Shown piece by piece: positions 1 through 8,678 of a stretch of 64,000 bases of DNA; position 1 is the stretch's first letter; each line of letters begins with the position of its first letter. The stretch lies in IMG/VR virus record IMGVR_UViG_3300000304_000007, positions 17,651 to 81,650 of that record; one strand, given 5' to 3'. The DNA comes from a virus. The notes under the pieces were generated by a model. That model was given only the letters and a program-made list of their open reading frames with translations. It made no database searches and was not told where the DNA came from. The translations under genes were made by a program, and so were the position numbers.

Positions 1-152
1 GGCATATGAGGATCCTTGATCTTCACTGTCTGATCATAGGCATAGAGAGCTCCCTTTCCCTTAGTCACCAGAGGAAAGAAGTTTATATCAAGAAGGAAGG
101 CCTCATTGAGGCCCTCCCAGCATGAAAGTGAATTTTCGTAAGTGAGCATCAT
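1..152 (-). CDS. Thymidylate-synthase-fold protein, second paralog (5' part only; runs off the window edge)
   Basis: Not in the ORF track. ATG at 152 overlaps the upstream TGA (ATGA). It translates MMLTYENSLSCWEGLNEAFLLDINFFPLVTKGKGALYAYDQTVKIKDPHM..., which aligns with the N-terminus of 149..1138 (FTFKDAETAWSEINKMFL...VYTYGLTFLIEEAHF). Confidence 0.7.
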   Translation of the reverse strand, partial: MMLTYENSLSCWEGLNEAFLLDINFFPLVTKGKGALYAYDQTVKIKDPHM

Positions 153-1138
153 TCCTCAGTTTCATCATCGAATGGAAGATCATCCCCCGCACCAGCAAGC
201 TGGGCCTCTTTAGAGAAGTTTATCACCTTCTTAGATTTGTCAGCAGAGGCAAAAAGGTTGAGTCCGTACTTCTGAGTGAACTTCAGGTATACCTTCTTTA
301 TCTGGTTCCTGACCAAGATTGAAGGGCATACTTCAGGGAGAGGAATACCGTCCCAATTGCCTATCTCACAGTCTTTAGCAAAGAGTGACTTAGGCTCCTT
401 GCCATAGGCTTCAGGATTGAAGATCTTGTATACCCTCATATATGCCTGATACTTTGGATCATTACCAGCTTCTGAAGCCTTTCTCACCTTCCTCAGGCAT
501 TTCTTTATTCTCTTCCTTCTCTCCTCGTTCTCTATGGTAGGAATTATATCCTCCATCGATTCATATCCATTATAGAGCATGAGAGATATATCTGTAGCAA
601 ATGCAGATCTCATGATGACTTCTATAGTGAAATCAGAGTGACCATATACATATTCACCGAGTCGGCAAGCAAGGAGAAGATCCCATGCCAGACGAGTAGT
701 GATGTCGGAAGCTCTCATTATGATAGTGAGCCTCGGCTTCTCTATGTATATCATCCTTGAGAACATACCTGAGAGAAGGCATCCCTTCCCGTTGCCGTGA
801 GCATCCGAGAAATTGAATCCCAGATGGTAGTTTCTGTTGACTGCCTTGTTCTTCTCGAACTCCCTTACCAGAAGCTTGAGTTTGTCAAGAGCATCCAGAT
901 CTACGTAGTTATTAAGCAGGGATGTCCATTTTCCTATGGAGTATCCCATCAATTTCCCGAAGTCAAAATCGGGATTGAAGTGAGCCTCTTCTATGAGGAA
1001 GGTGAGACCATAGGTATAGACTGAGTCTGTTATTACAGCTCCCTGACCCTCACTGAAGAGTTCTTCATCTTGGCGGAGAAACATCTTGTTGATCTCAGAC
1101 CATGCCGTCTCAGCATCCTTGAATGTAAAACTCTTCAT
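149..1138 (-). CDS. Thymidylate synthase / dCMP hydroxymethylase-family protein
   Basis: Catalytic Cys (KGC120LL) followed by MRASDITTRLAWD, which matches the TS motif RSxDxxxGxxxN/D (T4 gp42 MRSNDVVFGFRND). Confidence 0.75.
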   Translation of the reverse strand: MKSFTFKDAETAWSEINKMFLRQDEELFSEGQGAVITDSVYTYGLTFLIEEAHFNPDFDFGKLMGYSIGKWTSLLNNYVDLDALDKLKLLVREFEKNKAVNRNYHLGFNFSDAHGNGKGCLLSGMFSRMIYIEKPRLTIIMRASDITTRLAWDLLLACRLGEYVYGHSDFTIEVIMRSAFATDISLMLYNGYESMEDIIPTIENEERRKRIKKCLRKVRKASEAGNDPKYQAYMRVYKIFNPEAYGKEPKSLFAKDCEIGNWDGIPLPEVCPSILVRNQIKKVYLKFTQKYGLNLFASADKSKKVINFSKEAQLAGAGDDLPFDDETEE

Positions 1139-1185
1139 AAATTATTTAATTATTCAAAATTTTATCTTTATAGTTACCCTACAAT

Positions 1186-2064
1186 TCAATATAGCGATTT
1201 TTGGCGAAAGCGATTCGTTAGATTTTTCTTGAAGTAGATATAGTAAAGGTTGGTGTCATCTATACCCATCTCATAGAAAGCCCCCATCATTGCTATGAAT
1301 GATTTTACCAGTTCTTCCTGATAAAGTTCTTCATTGGTCATCATCTGGGACTGCTTCCATGGCTTATTCTTAAGGAAATTTCTTGCAATGTTCAGATGAT
1401 AAGTTACATCCCAGAGCATTGCCTTGAATAACCGATAATAATCATGATTATACCGGGATCCACAGTGAATAAGGTTCTCATTCTTAGGCAATGAAAGATC
1501 CGCATCGCAGTTAGTCCATATATTTCTCATAGGAACAAACCTTAAATTCAGGATCTCAGGATACATTTCCCGTATATCTGAAGTACCCTTTATCATGCAC
1601 TTTGCAATCACATTGTTGTGAAGCTCTGGACCAACTTCATCGGTTGCAGGTATTAACCTGGATACATATTCATTGATATCCTCTGGCTGGATATTGGCAT
1701 ATATGAGAAGCTCTACCATGAAGTGCATAGCATCTGCCATTTCCTCAGAAGCATTCTGCATGTGATTAAAGCACATAACCATGTCCTTCTCATCATATTC
1801 ATATTGCCAGAGTCTGTTTTTCTGAGTGAGAGCATCTACCTCTATAAGAGATTCATATCCCTCTGCAAGCTCCTCTATAACTCTTCCAGTAAAATCCTTG
1901 AGAAGCACCTGGGATGATTTAGTATTTATGTTGATAGGGGGAGCTGGAGTCCTCTCTATCTTAACATATTCGTTTATTAGATCCATCTGGAGTTCATATA
2001 TCTTCTCCAGATACCTACCGTCTTTTATTACTGGCGGCTCTTGATTGAAGTCTCTACTATCCAA
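1186..2064 (-). CDS. All-alpha (dimeric dUTPase / T4 gp56 dCTPase-like, MazG fold) nucleotide pyrophosphohydrolase
   Basis: Acidic EExxE/EExxD motifs (IEELAEGY, EEMADAMHF, QEELVK), KPWK, and C-terminal KNxxNxxRQxxxY. Confidence 0.75.
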   Translation of the reverse strand: MDSRDFNQEPPVIKDGRYLEKIYELQMDLINEYVKIERTPAPPININTKSSQVLLKDFTGRVIEELAEGYESLIEVDALTQKNRLWQYEYDEKDMVMCFNHMQNASEEMADAMHFMVELLIYANIQPEDINEYVSRLIPATDEVGPELHNNVIAKCMIKGTSDIREMYPEILNLRFVPMRNIWTNCDADLSLPKNENLIHCGSRYNHDYYRLFKAMLWDVTYHLNIARNFLKNKPWKQSQMMTNEELYQEELVKSFIAMMGAFYEMGIDDTNLYYIYFKKNLTNRFRQKSLY

Positions 2065-2092
2065 AATAATAAAAATTTAAGGTTTATAAATA

Positions 2093-2596
2093 TTATAAAT
2101 GTTTACTCTTGATTACATTGGTAATGGTAGCCTCACATACCCGTTCAGAAAACAAAGCCCATATCTCCTTCTTAGAGAAGCCCATAGTATTAAGAAACTT
2201 AATAACTATTCTATCTCCTTGAGATAGCTTGGCATTATAATTCTTACTACCATACATGTGCCATCCAGGATTATTTTCTCCTCGTATATCATTACATCCA
2301 TTTCTAATATCATCCACTCTATTATCCCGAAATGTTCCCCAAGCAAGATTTTCTAGCCTGTTATCTTTAGCATTACCGTTGAGATGTCTAACTAAAGGAT
2401 AGTGATGAGGATTAGGTATATAAGCTTCAGCTAATACCCTGTGTAATTTAATATTCTTATGGTTTAATATCATACGATAGTAACGATGATGAAAAAACCA
2501 CTTCTTAAGTTTTCCTGTCTTAAGATTTATTAATTTACCATCCCGGGTAATGTGGTATCCGGGACACCCCCTTATATTCTCCTCTAATTTATCCAT
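2093..2596 (-). mobile_element. Free-standing HNH homing endonuclease (NUMOD4-like N-terminus plus HNH)
   Basis: IRGCPGYHITRDG; KLHRVLAEAYIPNP...VRHLNGNAKDNRLENLAWGT; locally AT-rich. Confidence 0.85.
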
Positions 2597-2601
2597 CTTG
2601 A

Positions 2602-3165
2602 CTAGTATTTTTCTGATGGAAATAGTTCACCCTGCTTCCCGTCTGTACTTCCGAATCCTCCAACTCCTCGATCTGTGTCCTGTGATGCCCAGTTATAGAA
2701 TTCATCATCCACCTCTACCAGAGCAGTCATTAGAATTGGCAAGTGAAGGAACTGGATTACCTTGTCTCCCTCCTTGAGAATGAGATTCTTTGAAGAGAGA
2801 TTGTGAATTCCCAGATGAACTTCCCCTGTGTAATCAGCATCTACTACCTGAGCCATGAATATAATTCCATCTTTAGTAGCTCTGCCTGATTTGTTTGCAG
2901 CAATAAGTGCAGACTGCTTGTCCTGAATCCATACTCTGATACCTGATGGAATGAGAACCCGGTTACCAGGAGGAACTATCAGACACTTCTGAGTGATAAT
3001 AGAATTGTTGTCCTGATTCTTTGCAAGAAAATCCTCAACGAATTTCTCATTGATCTGAGGCATGAAGAAGTCTATGCCTGCATCATGGATGTTAGCCCTT
3101 TCTGGGCTCTTCACTTCTCTTACCTTGTTGAAGAGAATGTTCTGAAAATAAACTGGTTTGTCCAT
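2602..3165 (-). CDS. dut: Trimeric dUTPase
   Basis: Motifs DAGIDF, ANKSG, VVDADYTGEV, RGVGGFGSTD. Confidence 0.95.
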   Translation of the reverse strand: MDKPVYFQNILFNKVREVKSPERANIHDAGIDFFMPQINEKFVEDFLAKNQDNNSIITQKCLIVPPGNRVLIPSGIRVWIQDKQSALIAANKSGRATKDGIIFMAQVVDADYTGEVHLGIHNLSSKNLILKEGDKVIQFLHLPILMTALVEVDDEFYNWASQDTDRGVGGFGSTDGKQGELFPSEKY

Positions 3166-3572
3166 TAGTTAGTTGATTTATGTTGTTTACGAAATTCTCT
3201 ATACAGATGACGAGCATCTTCATAAGCTAACTGATACTTAGCTTGAAGCCTGTCATATATCTCTTTTCTTTCCAGATTCTTCCTCTGATATGCTCGAATA
3301 GATTTGAACACTGCCTTTTTATCTATCAGAGATTCAAGATCTTTGTAGTGATTCTCTTCCTCTAATGCTTTGCGAGTCTTTCCCTGAAGTGCTGCCATCT
3401 TTATGCAGCATAGCTCTGAATCTCCGCACATCCTGCATTCCTCAGTTGAGAGATCATAATTCTTACCGAAGCATACATCAGAGTCTCCTCCTATGTCATC
3501 AATTGAAATCGGGGTGAGAATATCTCCCTTTGCTAACTGCTTCTTTGCTTCCTTGTTTATCTTCTTTGCCAT
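3165..3572 (-). CDS. Hypothetical protein with a Cys cluster (possible metal binding)
   Basis: CFGKNYDLSTEECRMCGDSELCC; translationally coupled to dut. Confidence 0.7.
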   Translation of the reverse strand: MAKKINKEAKKQLAKGDILTPISIDDIGGDSDVCFGKNYDLSTEECRMCGDSELCCIKMAALQGKTRKALEEENHYKDLESLIDKKAVFKSIRAYQRKNLERKEIYDRLQAKYQLAYEDARHLYREFRKQHKSTN

Positions 3573-3574
3573 GT

Positions 3575-3697
3575 CTAAAAGTTTTTTATGCCTGCAAATA
3601 TTCCTGCCATGAACAGGATAAAGAGTATTACTATGAAGAGACCATACATTGTTTCTTGTGGATCTCTGTCATTCTTATATAGGTTCGGACTGCTCAT
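3575..3697 (-). CDS. Small membrane protein (40 aa)
   Basis: Below the ORF-track cutoff. MSSPNLYKNDRDPQETMYGLFIVILFILFMAGIFAGIKNF contains one hydrophobic helix and fills the gap co-directionally. Confidence 0.55.
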   Translation of the reverse strand: MSSPNLYKNDRDPQETMYGLFIVILFILFMAGIFAGIKNF

Positions 3698-3707
3698 ATC
3701 GGTAGAT

Positions 3708-3875
3708 CTATAGGGATTCTTCTGACTGATAGAATTTCTTGTGAATCTCTTCCTGAGTCACTTTGTCATATTCCTTCAGAAAGATTGAAGCCATGTTATA
3801 GGCTTCCCTGATTGAAGATTTCTTATTCAACCAGATGAGAAATGTAATGTCTCGGAGTGAAAGAGTATTATCCAT
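3708..3875 (-). CDS. Small hypothetical protein (55 aa)
   Basis: Below the cutoff. MDNTLSLRDITFLIWLNKKSSIREAYNMASIFLKEYDKVTQEEIHKKFYQSEESL, preceded by an A/T-rich leader. Confidence 0.55.
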   Translation of the reverse strand: MDNTLSLRDITFLIWLNKKSSIREAYNMASIFLKEYDKVTQEEIHKKFYQSEESL

Positions 3876-3934
3876 GATTGATTAATAAATGTTTAGCTTG
3901 ATTATAGAGTACCTTGATTATCAATGTTGTAACA

Positions 3935-3981
3935 CTAAAATCAGGGACCCGGGAAAAACTTTCCAAAACCCAGATCCCTGA
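3935..3981 (-). terminator. Intrinsic terminator downstream of the SF2 helicase operon
   Basis: Arms tcagggacccggg (3941-3953) and cccagatccctga (3969-3981); TTTT follows on the - strand. Confidence 0.6.
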
Positions 3982-4167
3982 ACCATAAATAATTATTTAA
4001 CAGGCAAACGAAACTTTGTTTCATGTGTTTATAGTCTTTGTCTATCTATGAGTTTTCTTTTCTTCATTCTATTATCTAATGCCCTAATACATTATCTATT
4101 CCTCCTGCCCTCCCATTCGTCTTCTCTCATGGGAGAAAAGTCCCAGGTCAAAAATTAGGGTACCTGA

Positions 4168-6942
4168 TCAAACCTCTATGACTTTGAGATGTTCTTTCTT
4201 ATAGTAAGACTTGCGATGTCTTGCATGTCTAGCTAGATAATTGCCAGGGAACATAAGATCATCCAGATATGCCTTAGATTTAGATTCATGTTTCCTCACC
4301 AACCTTCCGAGAATCTGTATTGATTTTTCATTTGAATCCATGGAAGCAGTATTTTGGAGGTAGCGCAGTGTAGGGAAATTTTTCCCTCTAGAGATTATTG
4401 TGGTTGCAATGAGAATATCTATCTTCCCAAGTCTAAAATCCTCTAGAATCTGCTTCCTATTCTTGGTGGTGTGATCCACCCTTGCAATCTTGAGATTGAA
4501 TCCCTTAGCCCTTTTCATATAATAATCGTAGAGATTCTTGTTGTGATCTATGAACTTAGTTACAATGAGCATGGGGAATCTCTTGTACTTGGCATTATAC
4601 ATTGTCCTATTCCAGGATGCCTCCCATGCAGCAGGATTATCGGTGATCTCCTCCTGATACTGTTCCTGATAATCTACAGAATTGGGTACTGGCCAAGATA
4701 ACTTTACCATCTTGACTACTACGGGAGTTGCTCTTCCTGACTTTATCTGATCCAAGATCTTGACCGAATCTACCTTTGGGCCTATGAAAGACATGATGTT
4801 CATATTGTGAACCAAGTCCTTCTTAAGCTTAGACATATAAATGGTACCTGACAGGCCGATTCTTATCCTGGCATTGTAAAGATGCTGAATGACATTCTTA
4901 TAGGTGTTGTTATCAAGAAGGTCTGCCTCATCTATCAAGCAGATGTCGAGGGTGGATAAGAGATACTGGTACTGCCGAAGATTCCGTGAGAGAGATTGGA
5001 CCATCGCCACATTGAAGTTTCCGAGTCTGTTAGACTTAGCTGAACCCTGAATGAAGGAAATATCTTCACCGGGCAAGAGAGGAGGGATCTCCCTTTTGAA
5101 TTGGTTGAAGAGGTCTGCATCATTGAGTAGAAGTATGGTTTTTAATTTTCTGTGATAGGCTTCATGTATTGCACAGAAGAGAAGAGTATTATGACATATG
5201 AACCCATCTGCTAAATATTGATGTACGTCCTCTACTTCTATATCATAACAGGTATATTGTTCTATGACTTCAATGGATTTTATCTTATCCCAGTAGACTT
5301 TCGAAGAAAAATCTGCTAATTCCTGTAATTCTTTAGAAGGAGCTGCTTCTAAGAGATTGTTTAAAGAAGTAAGAGTTATTCTATGGGGTTCTCTTATTTG
5401 TTTTTGAGTCAGGGTATCTAAGGGATTATTTCGGGTATTATACCCCTGATTTTGATAGTGTTCTTTGCATTTCTTACCTATTTGAATAGGTAACTGATAT
5501 CTCAGTTTATCTCTGAATCTTTCAAGATCTTCGGGTGAGAATTGCTTTCGGGGAACTTTCAGAGGAATAGATCTACCAAATTTCTCAAACTCTCTAGATC
5601 CCACCCTTAATCTATATGTAATATCTCTTTTACCATTACACAAAGTCTTCTTAGAACTTGTAAAAGTAATAACTCCCAGTTGAAGAAGCATATACTGCAT
5701 CCTATGGATATTTTCTGGATTGATAGAACTGAAAGAATATTCCAACACTCGGGAAGACTTACTCCCATCAGTATCAAATAACCCTGCTAGATATGCCCAT
5801 TGCACTTCAGGAGAAGAATCCATAATAACTTTAGGAACCTTTTTCTCACTGGCTTTACCAAGAAGTTCTGGGTACTTATTTATGATAAGTTTAGATAAGG
5901 CTTTATCAGACTTAGAAATATGCCATCCTTCGAATTTCTTATGGGGAGTTACTTTACAAGGTCGAAGACAAATATGATTTAAAGCTTTTTCACAAGCTTG
6001 GGCAATTTCATAATCTTCTCCTGATAAACTAATATAAACCCAAGTAGGAGACTTTTGTAATACATGTCCATCACCCTGAATACACCCCATAAGATAAGCT
6101 TCTTCTAGACTAATAGAGGAATCCTTAGAGAGGTGATTTACTTTACTGATAGGTAAATAATCTCCCACTTTAAGGGAATTAGCTAGAACCCAGTCTAGTT
6201 TCCCCTCAGAAGTAATTGTAAAATATTTATGCCTATCATAACCACATACTTGAGTATATCCTTGAGAAGTGGTTATACGCAAAGCCCTTATATTATTTTT
6301 GACAGAACCCTTTATATCATGAAATTTCCCATCAGAAGCTAAGACTTTTAATCTAGGGTATTTCAAATAACCTTCTTCATCTATGATCTCATCCATTCGA
6401 TAAATACCTTGAGAAGTATTTATAAGAGATTCTCCTCCGATGCACTTACCAAAACCCACAGATAAATCCCCCACGCCCAGGGTAAAGGGCATATCCCCTA
6501 CCTTGTTAAATAGGAGCTTTCGCAGAGCTTGCTTCTGCCTGGGATATAAAGTTAGATTCCCACATACATCGGGAATCTCTGGAGTTATTCTAAGAGGCGG
6601 CCTGCGGTCAATTATCTTAACCTTTTGCCCCATATCAACTGCATCTTTGTAAATTTCGGGAAGGAGGCCTATCTTGAATTTGCCTGTATCAGAGATGTAT
6701 TTTATATAACCGTCCCACCTATTCCTACCTTTCTGATACATCATGATGTGCCAAGCATTCGGATGCTTTATCCTATACTTATTATACAACTGAAGGATGG
6801 TCTTTCGGTGACCATCCAACTCGCACATATTGCCATTAAGGATTGTTATTGTTATCATATCATAAGAATTATCAGAGGTAATATTACTACTGTAAACAGG
6901 AAACAAATCCAGAATATAATGAAAGCTGCAGGATCTGACCAC
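4168..6942 (-). CDS. SF2 (UvsW/DEAD-like) helicase containing an intein; likely start at about 6858 (MITITIL)
   Basis: LYPRQ Q-motif; Walker A GFGK|T split by the intein; IDEAD; GLSGT; ATTIISRGKNFP; QILGRLVR. Confidence 0.92.
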   Translation of the reverse strand: MVRSCSFHYILDLFPVYSSNITSDNSYDMITITILNGNMCELDGHRKTILQLYNKYRIKHPNAWHIMMYQKGRNRWDGYIKYISDTGKFKIGLLPEIYKDAVDMGQKVKIIDRRPPLRITPEIPDVCGNLTLYPRQKQALRKLLFNKVGDMPFTLGVGDLSVGFGKCIGGESLINTSQGIYRMDEIIDEEGYLKYPRLKVLASDGKFHDIKGSVKNNIRALRITTSQGYTQVCGYDRHKYFTITSEGKLDWVLANSLKVGDYLPISKVNHLSKDSSISLEEAYLMGCIQGDGHVLQKSPTWVYISLSGEDYEIAQACEKALNHICLRPCKVTPHKKFEGWHISKSDKALSKLIINKYPELLGKASEKKVPKVIMDSSPEVQWAYLAGLFDTDGSKSSRVLEYSFSSINPENIHRMQYMLLQLGVITFTSSKKTLCNGKRDITYRLRVGSREFEKFGRSIPLKVPRKQFSPEDLERFRDKLRYQLPIQIGKKCKEHYQNQGYNTRNNPLDTLTQKQIREPHRITLTSLNNLLEAAPSKELQELADFSSKVYWDKIKSIEVIEQYTCYDIEVEDVHQYLADGFICHNTLLFCAIHEAYHRKLKTILLLNDADLFNQFKREIPPLLPGEDISFIQGSAKSNRLGNFNVAMVQSLSRNLRQYQYLLSTLDICLIDEADLLDNNTYKNVIQHLYNARIRIGLSGTIYMSKLKKDLVHNMNIMSFIGPKVDSVKILDQIKSGRATPVVVKMVKLSWPVPNSVDYQEQYQEEITDNPAAWEASWNRTMYNAKYKRFPMLIVTKFIDHNKNLYDYYMKRAKGFNLKIARVDHTTKNRKQILEDFRLGKIDILIATTIISRGKNFPTLRYLQNTASMDSNEKSIQILGRLVRKHESKSKAYLDDLMFPGNYLARHARHRKSYYKKEHLKVIEV
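5188..6444 (-). mobile_element. Intein (419 aa) with a LAGLIDADG homing endonuclease
   Basis: Starts CIGGESLI, ends YDIEV...ADGFICHN followed by Thr; contains YLMGCIQGDG and YLAGLFDTDGS. Confidence 0.95.
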
Positions 6943-6985
6943 TTATCCGGATTCAATAAGTATTTCAATTTAAACTTCTTCACCA

Positions 6986-7813
6986 TCACCGTTTGAATTT
7001 AGACCAGTCTATGGAAGCATTCTTCCTTGGACTGAGTGTTATGTTATTTCTAGATAGATATCGAATCAACCTTTCTTGTGCTTTCTCTCCCACAAGATCC
7101 TGGAGTTTTGGTATTCCATTACAGAAAGCAAGGGCATCAAACTGAGCCTCAATATACGTGTCATAATCTGCCCCAACAGAGTCCGCTTGTTCTCGGGCAT
7201 ACTTGAAATAGATGTACTGTTCTGGATCATTCTTATAGTTGTTTGGGATCCCCGTCATATCAAGGATCTTGTTTATGTATATATTATATATCTCGGAAGT
7301 TCCCTCGGGATTAGAATCATTATTTAGTTCCCATTCCCCTTTAGCCATGTCAAAGATTTTCTCAAAGCTAGCATTCAAATAAGTTACAGGGGATTGCATA
7401 CTTCTTCTCTTTGTCTCAGCGAAAAGTTTCATTCCCCGAGTGACAAAATCAATATATCCTGCTCTCTTCTGCATATTCAGAGCCTGACAATATTGATTCA
7501 CTTTCTCTACTAGTTCCTTGAGATATCTCCACTGGGAATTAGATGGACCTATCTTAGTGACCCCAGTATGGTGAAGCTTGATTCTAACTGCATATATCAC
7601 ATCTGCCAGAAGATTGGTATCTGCAATAGATGCCTGTTGTATCTGAGTGAGCTTTCTTCGATTCTTCCTGTTGTTCCCCTTTAATACAGAACGAGAGGGA
7701 ACTGAGTAGTTCCTTGCTCTCCTGAAGAAAGTCTTGGAATCTAGTTCAATTCCCATCTCTTCTGCAATTTGATTGAAAACAGATATGGTGATATGTATTG
7801 AAGGTTCTCTCAT
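6986..7813 (-). CDS. Hypothetical protein in the replication module
   Basis: 275-aa ORF coupled to its neighbours; no recognisable motif. Confidence 0.75.
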   Translation of the reverse strand: MREPSIHITISVFNQIAEEMGIELDSKTFFRRARNYSVPSRSVLKGNNRKNRRKLTQIQQASIADTNLLADVIYAVRIKLHHTGVTKIGPSNSQWRYLKELVEKVNQYCQALNMQKRAGYIDFVTRGMKLFAETKRRSMQSPVTYLNASFEKIFDMAKGEWELNNDSNPEGTSEIYNIYINKILDMTGIPNNYKNDPEQYIYFKYAREQADSVGADYDTYIEAQFDALAFCNGIPKLQDLVGEKAQERLIRYLSRNNITLSPRKNASIDWSKFKR

Positions 7814-8169
7814 AATTGCATCTGGTGTTCTTCTATGAATCTATAATGTTTATTTACATCCTCCCTGAATTGATTATCATAGGAGTGAGCATATTCATAT
7901 AGATCTTTGTAGATACGTAGACGTTCTCTCCAATATTGAGCATCCAGTTCTGAAGATATCAGGATAGGTTTCCATGCCTCAAGAGGATTTTCATAATCGT
8001 TGAGAATACCTATGTATCGGGGTTTGGGAGCTATCCAGATATTCACCAGCCTTCTCCATAAAGGAAGTTCTGAAGGATCTATCCTGTACTGCATGATCCA
8101 GGTACCATTCTCATAGGGTATAAACCTGAGCTGGATCTTCTGGTACATCTTGCGTTTGTTGTATTTCAT
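7810..8169 (-). CDS. Hypothetical protein
   Basis: ATGA-type overlaps with both neighbours. Confidence 0.7.
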   Translation of the reverse strand: MKYNKRKMYQKIQLRFIPYENGTWIMQYRIDPSELPLWRRLVNIWIAPKPRYIGILNDYENPLEAWKPILISSELDAQYWRERLRIYKDLYEYAHSYDNQFREDVNKHYRFIEEHQMQL

Positions 8170-8414
8170 TGTCCCAGTTTTATTAGATGAGGTTCGGATT
8201 GAATGTCAAATACCAAGTCATCAGGAATGGATATTTGTTCGATGTGCATATCTACTTTAGATAATCCCCCGAGATATTGAGGATGGTGTTGAAGCCAAGA
8301 GATAATGTGTTGGTGAGCTACCATTTCACTTGGCGCAAAGAAAAGGCAGGATTTGATCTGCCCTTCCTTAACTACTGAGAATTTGAATCTGGCTCGGAAT
8401 AATTTGAGGTCCAT
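8166..8414 (-). CDS. Hypothetical protein (start probably MDLKLFR rather than 8489)
   Basis: The internal ATG at 8414 abuts the upstream stop at 8416. Confidence 0.6.
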   Translation of the reverse strand: MDLKLFRARFKFSVVKEGQIKSCLFFAPSEMVAHQHIISWLQHHPQYLGGLSKVDMHIEQISIPDDLVFDIQSEPHLIKLGQ

Positions 8415-8415
8415 G

Positions 8416-8676
8416 TTATATCTTGTTATAAAGTTCTTCACCAAGAAATAGTTTGAAGAGGTCCTCAAAATAGGCCCAGTTGCCAGCATGAGGGAAATAA
8501 TGTTCTTCCCATTCTTTCCTACACTGTTCTCTGAACTCAGTCATGAACCCATCGGGCAATTCTTGTTCTCTCAGTAGATCCTGATAATCTTCTGGATCTA
8601 ACAGGTTAGCATCTGGATAATTAGCGATCTCTTCGCAAAGTTTTGATACAAAGGGGTTTCTCTTACTCTTTTTCAT
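8416..8676 (-). CDS. Hypothetical acidic protein
   Basis: 86-aa ORF starting 2 nt after the primase stop. Confidence 0.7.
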   Translation of the reverse strand: MKKSKRNPFVSKLCEEIANYPDANLLDPEDYQDLLREQELPDGFMTEFREQCRKEWEEHYFPHAGNWAYFEDLFKLFLGEELYNKI

Positions 8677-8678
8677 AA

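Noticed and set aside
2065-2601. HNH gene as part of a group I intron
   Set aside because: Both flanking genes are complete and unrelated, and there is no room for intron core elements.
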